From: the human T2T-CHM13v2.0 reference genome, Homo sapiens
Direction: 5' to 3' (one strand)
DNA length: 64,000 nucleotides
NCBI RefSeq assembly: GCF_009914755.1
Contig: NC_060946.1
The translations under genes were made by a program, and so were the position numbers. Below, one piece after another: positions 54,801-64,000 of this stretch (its first letter is position 1; every line of letters begins with the position of its first letter). Below the pieces are notes generated by a model. It made no database searches, was not told where the DNA came from, and saw only the letters and a program-made list of their open reading frames with translations.

Positions 54801-57113
54801 TGGTCTCTGCCTAGTGTGGACATTGTGACATATCTCTGAACTGATCTCCCAGGTGCTGTAACTTTAGTCTGGGCTCCGGCTACACGGCATTGTGACATAT
54901 CACTGCACTGATCACCCAGGCGATATAACTCTTCTCTAGGTTCTGACCACAGGGTGTTTGTGACATATCCCTGCAATGATCACCCAGGTGATATACCACT
55001 TGCCAAGGCTCTGCCTACAGGGGCATTGCAATGTATCTCTGCACTGATCACCTAGGTCTTGTAGCTATTTTCTAGGATCTGCCTACAGGGTGCTTTGTGA
55101 CGTGTCCCAGCAAGGATTACCCAGGTGATGTACCTGTCATCAAGGCTCTGCCTACAGGCATATTGTGACGTATCTCTGCACTGATCACCTCGGTCATGTA
55201 ACTTTTTTCTAGGCTCTACCTACGATGGCATTGTGAGATATCTCTGCACTAATCATCCAAGTGATGTAACTCTTGTCTAGGATGTGCCTAAATTAACTTT
55301 TTGACATAACCCTGTACTGATCATCCAGGTGATGGAGCTTTTGTCTAGGCTCTGCCTAAGGGGGCATTGTGACATATTTCTGCATTGATCACCCAGGTGG
55401 CGAACTCTTCTCTCGGATCTGCCTATGGGGGCATTGTGAGAAATCTCTGCACTGATCACCCAGCTGATGTAACTGTTGTGTAACCACTGCCTACAGGGGA
55501 ATTGTGAGAGATCTCGTCACTCATTACCCAAGTGATGTAACCATTTTCTAGGCTTTGCGTACAGGGGGCTTTGTGACATACCTTTGCACTGATCACCCAG
55601 GGGATGTATCACATCTAAGTTCGGCCTAAATGAACTTTGTGACATATCTCTGCACTGATCACTTAGGTGATGTAACACTTTTATAATCACTGCCTACAGG
55701 GAATTTTGACAAATCTCTGCACTGATCACCTAGGTGATGTAACTCTTGTCTACCCTCTGTCGAACGGGACATTGTGAAATATCTCTGCAGTGATCACACA
55801 GGTGATTCAACTCTTGACTAGGAACTGCCTACAGAGGTTATTGTGAAATATCTCTGCACTGATAAACTAGGTGGTGTAACCCTTGTCCAAGCTCTGCCTA
55901 CAGGGTCCTTTCCACATATCCCTGAACTGATGACAAAGGTGATGTTACTCTTGCCTAGGCTTTGCCTACAGGGAACATTGGACATATATCTGCACTGATC
56001 ACCCATTTGATGCAACACTTGCCTAGGCTTTGCCTACAGGGGACATTGTGACATATCTCTTCAATGATCACTCATGTGATGCATCTCTTGCCTAGGCTTT
56101 GCCTACAGGGGACATTGTGACATATCTCTGCACTGATCTCCCAGGTGCTGTAACTTTAGTCTAGGCTCTGGCTACACGGCATTGTGACCTACCTCTGCAC
56201 TGATCACCCAGGTGATATAACTCTTCTCTAGGATCTGCCTACAGGGTAGTTTCTGACATATCCCTGCACTGATCACCCAGGTGATCTAACTCTGGTCTAA
56301 CTCTTCCTAAATGGGCATTGTGACAGATCTCTGCACTGATCACTCTGGTGATGTAAGTATTGTCTAGGCTCTGCTTCAAGGGGCCTTGTCATATATCTCT
56401 GCACTGATCACCCTGGTGATGTAACTCTTGTCTAGGCTCTGCTTCCAGGGCATATTGTGACATATCTATGCACTGATCACCTTAGTGATGTAACACTTTG
56501 GTAGGCTCGGCCTACAGGGGAATCTTGACATATCTCTGCACTGTTAACCGAGGTGATTTAACTCTTGTCTAGGCTGTGCCCACAGGGGGATTGAGACATA
56601 TCTCTGCACTGATCCCGAGGTGATACAACTCCTGCCTGGTCTCTGCCTACTGTGGACATTGGGACATATCTCTGCACTGATCTCCCAGGTGCTGTAACTT
56701 TAGTCTAGGCTCTGGCTACACGGCATTGTGACATATCACTGCACTGATCACCCAGGCGATATAACTCTTCTCTAGGATCTGACCACAGGGTGCTTTGTGA
56801 CATATCCCTGCAATGATCACCCAGGTGATATACCAATTGCCAAGGCTCTGCCTACAGGGGCATTGCAATGTATCTCTGCACTGCTCACCTAGGTCCTGTA
56901 GCTATTTTCTAGGATCTGCCTACAGGGTGCTTTGTGACGTGTCCTAGCAAGGATTACCCAGGTGATGTACCTCTCATCAAGGCTCTGCCTAGAGGCACAT
57001 TGTGATGTATCTCTGCACTGATCACCTCGGTCATGTAAGTTTTTTCTAGGCTCTACCTACGATGGCATTGTGACATATCTCTGCACTAATCATCCAAGTG
57101 TTGTAACTCTTGT
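45816..57113. repeat. HOR units 28, 28, 27, 28, 28, 27-mer (1906, 1906, 1838, 1906, 1905, 1837 bp)
   Basis: Markers at 45816, 47722, 49628, 51466, 53372, 55277 and 57114. Single-monomer deletions at ~50940 and ~56188. Confidence 0.9.
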
Positions 57114-59564
57114 CTAGGATGTGCCTAAATTAACTTTTTGACATAAACCTGTACTGATCATCCAGGTGATGGAGCTTTTGTGTAGGCTCTGCCTAAGGGG
57201 GCATTGTGACATATTTCTGCATTGATCACCCAGGTGGCGAACTCTTCTCTCGGATCTGCCTATGGGGGCATTGTGAGAAATCTCTGCACTGATCACCCAG
57301 CTGATGTAACTGTTGTGTAACCTCTGCCTACAGGGGAATTGTGAGAGATCTCGTCACTCATTACCCAAATGATGTAACCATTGTCTAGGCTTTGCGTACA
57401 GGGGGCTTTGTGACATACCTTTGCACTGATCACCCAGGTGATGTAACACATCTAAGTTCGGCCTAAAGGAACTTTGTGACATATCTCTGCACTGATCACT
57501 TAGGTGATGTAACACTTTTATAATCACTGCCTACAGGGAATTTTGACAAATCTCTGCACTGATCACCTAGGTGATGTAACTCTTGTCTACCCTCTGTCCA
57601 ACGGGGCATTGTGAAATGTCTCTGCACTGATCACCCAGGTGATTCAACTCTTGACTAGGAACTGCCTACAGAGGTTAAAGTGAAATATCTCTGCACTGAT
57701 AAACTAGGTGGTGTAACCATTGTCCAAGCTCTGCCTACAGGGGCGTTTCCACATATCCCTGAACTGATGACAAAGGTGATGTAACTCTTGCCTAGGCTTT
57801 GCCTACAGGGAACATTGGACATATATCTGCACTGATCACCCAGGTGATGCAACTCTTGCCTAGGCTTTGCCTACAGGGGACATTGTGACATATCTCTTCA
57901 ATGATCACTCATGTGATGCATCTCTTGCCTAGGCTTTGCCTACAGGGGACATTGTGACATATCTCTGAACTGATCTCCCAGGTGCTGTAACTTTAGTCTA
58001 GGCTCTGGCTACACGGCATTGTGACATATCTCTTCACTGATCACGTAGGTGATGTAACACTTTTATAATCACTGCCTACAGGGAATTTTGACAAATCTCT
58101 GCACTGATCACCTAGGTGATGTAACTCTTGTCTACCCTCTGTCCAACGGGGCATTGTGAAATATCTCTGCACTGATCACCCAGGTGATTCAACTCTTGAC
58201 TAGGAACTGCCTACAGAGGTTATTGTGAAATATCTCTGCACTGATAAACTAGGTGGTGTAACCCTTGTCCAAGTTCTGCCTACAGGGTCCTTTCCACATA
58301 TCCCTGAACTGATGACAAAGGTGATGTTACTCTTGCCTAGGCTTTGCCTACAGGGAACATTGGACATATATCTGCACTGATCACCCATTTGATGCAACAC
58401 TTGCCTAGGCTTTGCCTACAGGGGACATTGTGACATATCTCTTCAATGATCACTCATGTGATGCATCTCTTGCCTAGGCTTTGCCTACAGGGGACATTGT
58501 GACATATCTCTGCACTGATCTCCCAGGTGCTGTAACTTTAGTCTAGGCTCTGGCTACACGGCATTGTGACATATCACTGCACTGATCAACCAGGTGATAT
58601 AACTCTTGTATAGGCTCTGCCTACAGGGGGATTGTGACCTACCTCTGCACTGATCACCCAGGTGATATATCTCTTCTCTAGGATCTGCCTACAGGGTACT
58701 TTGTGACATATCCCTGCACTGATCACCCAGGTGATCTAACTCTGGTCTAAGCTCTGCCTAAAGGGGCATTGTGACAGATCTCTGCACTGATCACTCTGGT
58801 GATGTAAGTATTGTCTAGGCTCTGCTTCAAGGGGCCTTGTCACATATCTCTGCACTGATCACCCAGGTGATGTAACTCTTGTCTAGGCTCTGCTTCCAGG
58901 ACATATTGTGACATATCTATGCACTGATCACCTTAGTGATGTAACACTTTGGTAGGCTCGGCCTACAGGGGAATCTTGACATATCTCTGCACTGTTAACC
59001 GAGGTGATTTAACTCTTGTCTAGGCTGTGCCCACAGGGGGATTGAGTCATATCTCTGCACTGATCCCGAGGTGATACAACTCTTGCCTGGTCTCTGCCTA
59101 CTGTGGACATTGGGTCATATCTCTGCACTGATCTCCCAGGTGTTGTAACTTTAGTCTAGGCTCTGGCTACACGGCATTGTGACATATCACTGCACTGATC
59201 ACCCAGGCGATATAACTCTTCTGTAGGATCTGACCACAGGGTGCTTTGTGACATATGCCTGCAATGATCACCCAGGTGATATACCACTTGCCAAGGCTCT
59301 GCCTACAGGGGCATTGCAATGTATCTCTGCACTGATCACCTAGGTCTTGTAGCTATTTTCTAGGATCTGCCTACAGGGTGCATTGTGACGTGTCCCAGCA
59401 AGGATTACCCAGGTGATGTACCTCTCATCAAGGCTCTGCCTACAGGCACATTGTGATGTATCTCTGCACTGATCACCTCGGTCATGTAACTTTTTTCTAG
59501 GCTCTACCTACGATGGCATTGTGACATATCTCGGCACTAATCATCCAAGTGATGTAAATCTTGT
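57114..59564. repeat. 36-mer HOR variant (2451 bp) with an 8-monomer (545 bp) internal duplication
   Basis: 57476-58020 is repeated at 58021-58565; the CTAGGAACTGCC marker occurs at 57655 and 58200. Confidence 0.92.
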
Positions 59565-62500
59565 CTAGGATGTGCCTAAATTAACTTTTTGACATAACCC
59601 TGTACTGATCATCCAGGTGATGGAGCTTTTGTCTAGGCTCTGCCTAAGGGGGCATTGTGACATATTTCTGCATTGATCACCCAGGTGGCGAACACTTCTC
59701 TCGGATCTGCCTATGGGGGCATTGTGAGAAATCTCTGCACTGATCACCCAGGTGATGTAACTGTTGTGTAACCTCTGCCTACAGGGGAATTGTGAGAGAT
59801 CTCGTCACTGATTACCCAAGTGATGTAACCATTGTCTAGGCTTTGCGTACAGGGTGCTTTGTGACATACCTTTGCACTGATCACCCAGGTGATGTAACAC
59901 ATCTAAGTTCGGCCTAAAGTAGCTTTGTGACATATCTCTGCACTGATCACTTAGGTGATGTAACACTTTTATAATCACTGCCTACAGGGAATTTTGACAA
60001 ATCTCTGCACTGATCACCTAGGTGATGTAACTCTTGTCTACCCTCTGTCCAACGGGGCACTGTGAAATATCTCTGCACTGATCACCCAGGTGATTCAACT
60101 CTTGACTAGGAACTGCCTACAGATGTTATTGTGAAATATCTCTGCACTGATAAACTAGGTGGTGTAACCCTTGTCCTAGCTCGCCTACAGGGTCGTTTCC
60201 ACATATCCCTGAATTGATGACAAAGGTGATGTAACCCTTGCCTAGGCTTTGCCTAAAGGGAACATTGGACATATATGTGCACTGATCACCCAGGTGATGC
60301 AACTCTTGCCTAGGCTTTGCCTATAGGGGACATTGTGACATATCTCTTCAATGATCACTCATGTGATGCATCTCTTGCCTAGGCTTTGCCTACAGCTGAC
60401 ATTGTGACATATCTCTGCACTGATCTCCCAGGTGCTGTAACTTTAGTCTAGGCTCTGGCTACACGGCATTGTGACCTACCTCTGCACTGATCACCCAGGT
60501 GATATAACTCTTCTCTAGGATCTGCCTACAGGGTACTTTGTGACATATCCCTGCACTGATCACCCAGGTGATCTAACTCTGGTCTAAGCTCTGCCTAAAG
60601 GAGCATTGTGACAGATCTCTGCACTGATCACTGTGGTGATGTAAGTATTGTCTAGGCTCTGCTTCAAGGGGCCTTGTCACATATCTCTGCACTGATCACC
60701 CAGGTGATGTAACTCTTGTCTAGGCTCTGCTTCCAGGGCATATTGTGACATATCTATGCACTGATCACCTTAGTGATGTAACACTTTGGTAGGCTCGGCC
60801 TACAGGGGAGTCTTGACATATCTCTGCACTGTTAACCGAGGTGATTTAACTCTTGTATAGGCTGTGCCCACAGGGGGATTGAGACATATCTCTGCACTGA
60901 TCCCGAGGTGATACAACTCTTGCCTGGTCTCTGCCTACTGTGGATATTGTGACATATCTCTGCACTGATCTCCCAGGTGCTGTAACTTTAGTCTAGGCTC
61001 TGGCTACACGGCATTGTGACATATCACTGCACTGATCACCCAGGCGATATAACACTTCTCTAGGATCTGACCACAGGGTGCTTTGTGACATATCCCTGCA
61101 ATGATCACCCAGGTGATATACCACTTGCCAAGGCTCTGCCTACAGGGGCATTGCAATGTATCTCTGCACTGATCACCTAGGTCTTGTAGCTATTTTCTAG
61201 GATCTGCCTACAGGGTGCTTTGTGACGTGTCCCAGCAAGGATTACCCAGGTGATGTACCTCTCATCAAGGCTCTGCCTACAGGCACATTGTGATGTATCT
61301 CTGCACTGATCACCTAGGTCATGTAACTATTTTCTAGGCTCTACCTACGATGGCATTGTGACATATCTCTGCACTAATCATCCAAGTGATGTAACTCTTG
61401 TCTAGGATGTGCCTAAATTAACTTTTTGACATAACCCTGTACTGATCATCCAGGTGATGGAGCTTTTGTCTAGGCTCTGCCTAAGGGGGCATTGTGACAT
61501 ATTTCTGCATTGATCACCCAGGTGGTGAACTCTTCTCTCGGATATGCCTATGGGGGCATTGTGAGAAATCTCTGCACTGATAACCCAGGTGATGTAACTG
61601 TTGTGTAACCTCTGCCTACAGGGGAACTGTGAGAGATCTCGTCACTGATTACCCAAGTGATGTAACCGTTGTCTAGGCTTTGCATACAGGGGGCTTTGTG
61701 ACATACCTTCGCACTGATCACCCAGGTGATGTAACACATCTAAGTTCGGCCTAAAGGAGCTTTGTGACATATCTCTGCAGTGATCACTTAGGTGATGTAA
61801 CACTTTTATAATCACTGCCTACATGGAATTTTGACAAATCTCTGCACTGATCACCTAGGTGATGTAACACTTGTCTACCGTCTGTCCAACGGGGCATTGT
61901 GAAATATCTCTGCACTGATCACCCAGGTGATTCAACTCTTGACTAGTAACTGCCTACAGAGGTTATTGTGAAATATCTCTGCACTGATAAACTAGGTGGT
62001 GTAACCCTTGTCCAAGCTCTGCCTACAGGGGCGTTTCCACATATCCCTGAACTGATGACAAAGCTGATGTAACTCTTGCCTAGGCTTTGCCTACAGGGAA
62101 CATTGGACATATATCTGCACTGATCACCCAGGTGATGCAACTCTTGCCTAGGCTTTGCCTACAGGGGACATTGTGACATATCTCTTCAATGATCACCCAT
62201 GTGATGCATCTCTTGCCTAGGCTTTGCCTACAGGGGACATTGTGACATATGTCTGCACTGATCTCCCAGGTGCTGTAACTTTAGTCTAGGCTCTGGCTAC
62301 ACGGCATTGTGACATATCACTGCACTGATCAACCAGGTGATATAACTCTTGTATAGGCTCTGCCTACAGGGGGATTGTGACCTACCTCTGCACTGATCAC
62401 CCAGGTGATATAACTCTTCTCTAGGATCTGCCTACAGGGTACTTTGTGACATATCCCTGCACTGATCATCCAGGTGATCTATCTCTGATCTAAGCTCTGC

Positions 62501-64000
62501 CAAAAGGGGCATTGTGACAGATCTCTGCACTGATCACTCTGGTGATGTAAGTATTTTCTAGGCTCTGCTTCAAGGGGCCTTGTCACATATCTCTGCACTG
62601 ATCACCCAGGTGATGTAACTCTTGTCTAGGCTCTGCTTCCAGGGCATATTGTGACATATCTATGCACTGATCACCTTAGTGATGTAACAATTTGGTAGGC
62701 TCGGCCTACAGGGGAATCTTGACAAATCTCTGCACTGTTAACCGAGGTGATTTAACTCTTGTCTAGGCTGTGCCCACAGGGGGATTGAGACATATCTCTG
62801 CACTGATCCCGAGGTGATACAACTCTTGCCTGGTCTCTGCCTACTGTGGACATTGTGACATATCTCTGCACTGATCTCCCAGGTGCTGTAACTATAGTCT
62901 AGGCTCTGGCTACACGGCATTGTGACATATCACTGCACTGATCACCCAGGCGATATAACTCTTCTCTAGGATCTGACCACAGGGTGCTTTGTGACATATC
63001 CCTGCAATGATCACCCAGGTGATATACCACTTGCCAAGGCTCTGCCTACAGGGGCATTGCAATGTATCTCTGCACTGATCACCTAGGTCTTGTAGCTATT
63101 TTCTAGGATCCGCCTACAGGGTGCTTTGTGACGTGTCCCAGCAAGGATTACCCAGGTGATGTACCTCTCATCAAGGCTCTGCCTACAGGCACATTGTGAT
63201 GTATCTCTGCACTGATCACCTAGGTCATGTAACTATGTTCTAGGCTCTACCTACGATGGCATTGTGACATATCTCTGCACTAATCATCCAAGTGATGTAA
63301 CTCTTGTCTAGGATGTGCCTAAATTAACTTTTTGACATAACCCTGTACTGATCATCCAGGTGATGGAGCTTTTGTCTAGGCTCTGCCTAAGGGGGCATTG
63401 TGACATATTTCTGCATTGATCACCCAGGTGGCGAACACTTCTCTCGGATCTGCCTATGGGGGCATTGTGAGAAATCTCTGCACTGATCACCCAGGTGATG
63501 TAACTGTTGTGTAACCTCTGCCTACAGGGGAATTGTGAGAGATCTCGTCACTGATTACCCAAGTGATGTAACCATTGTCTAGGCTTTGCGTACAGGGTGC
63601 TTTGTGACATACCTTTGCACTGATCACCCAGGTGATGTAACACATCTAAGTTCGGCCTAAAGTAGCTTTGTGACATATCTCTGCACTGATCACTTAGGTG
63701 ATGTAACACTTTTATAATCACTGCCTACAGGGAATTTTGACAAATCTCTGCACTGATCACCTAGGTGATGTAACTCTTGTCTACCCTCTGTCCAACGGGG
63801 CACTGTGAAATATCTCTGCACTGATCACCCAGGTGATTCAACTCTTGACTAGGAACTGCCTACAGATGTTATTGTGAAATATCTCTGCACTGATAAACTA
63901 GGTGGTGTAACCCTTGTCCTAGCTCGCCTACAGGGTCGTTTCCACATATCCCTGAATTGATGACAAAGGTGATGTAACCCTTGCCTAGGCTTTGCCTAAA
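59565..64000. repeat. 27-mer (1837 bp), 28-mer (1906 bp) and a partial unit
   Basis: Markers at 59565, 61402 and 63308; monomer deletion at ~60476. Confidence 0.9.

Larger units (their letters stand above)
1..64000 (-). repeat. Beta satellite (BSR/Beta, 68-bp Sau3A satellite) tandem array organised as a ~1906-bp 28-mer higher-order repeat
   Basis: Seen: CTGCACTGATCACCCAGGTGAT-like core recurs every 67-69 bp across the whole window, and unit-specific markers recur every ~1906 bp. Knowledge: the reverse complement (GATCAGTGCAGAGATATGTCACAATGCCCCTGTAGGCAGAGCCTAGACAAGAGTTACATCACCTGGGT) matches the human beta satellite consensus as I recall it, hence strand '-'. Confidence 0.97.

Noticed and set aside
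6276-63308. Exact ~53.29-kb super-period (6276/59565, 8111/61402, 10016/63308)
   Set aside because: The two 27-mers lack different monomers and the flanking units do not share rare SNPs. Only the 8111/61402 similarity holds, and it is reported as a finding.
765-63490. Dozens of 60-137 aa minus-strand ORFs (MISAEISHNAP..., MHHLGDQCRY..., MIIKVLHH...)
   Set aside because: They recur at HOR spacing, consist of the three frame translations of the 68-bp monomer (HHLGDQCRDMSQ / ITWVISAEI / SVQRY), and are freely broken by SNPs and indels. I recognise no protein domain. The His/Cys richness is a by-product of the repeat, not a zinc finger.
1-64000. CRISPR-like look: conserved ~35-bp partly palindromic core alternating with ~30-bp variable segments
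   Set aside because: The 'spacers' are homologous to one another and recur in fixed order every ~1.9 kb, the 'repeats' are degenerate, there are no cas genes or leader, and the unit matches beta satellite.
1-64000. Alpha satellite/CENP-B boxes, HSat, D4Z4/LSau, rDNA, Alu or L1 insertions
   Set aside because: The period is 68 bp rather than 171 or 5 bp. Every marker interval is a whole number of monomers, leaving no room for inserts. No GC-rich LSau/DUX4-like or poly-A sequence was seen.
1-64000. Inversion or strand switch within the array
   Set aside because: The core reads CTGCACTGATCAC on the + strand throughout; no reverse-orientation monomers (GATCAGTGCAGAG) were seen.

Overview
The whole 64 kb is one uninterrupted head-to-tail array of primate beta satellite (BSR/Beta, the 68-bp Sau3A family). 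The + strand monomer consensus is GATCACCCAGGTGATGTAACTCTTGTCTAGGCTCTGCCTACAGGGGCATTGTGACATATCTCTGCACT, about 940 monomers, all in one orientation. I found no genes, transposon insertions or inversions, and the listed ORFs are periodic artefacts of the repeat. The diverged monomers form a higher-order repeat (HOR). The once-per-unit marker CTAGGATGTG(C/T)CTAAATTAA occurs at 765, 3147, 4984, 6276, 8111, 10016, 11920, 13826, 15119, 17025, 18930, 20836, 22129, 24035, 25941, 27234, 29140, 31114, 33088, 35060, 36966, 38872, 40710, 42617, 44523, 45816, 47722, 49628, 51466, 53372, 55277, 57114, 59565, 61402 and 63308. The 34 intervals are 18 x 28-mer (1904-1907 bp), 6 x 27-mer, 5 x 19-mer, 3 x 29-mer, 1 x 35-mer and 1 x 36-mer. 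The interest is architectural: a 97-bp internal direct repeat associated with reciprocal 9-monomer deletions and a duplication, a probably ancestral 29-mer island, and multi-kb super-HOR duplications with chimeric units. I see no evidence for a novel coding system. All counts were made by eye; species and chromosome cannot be fixed from the sequence alone.
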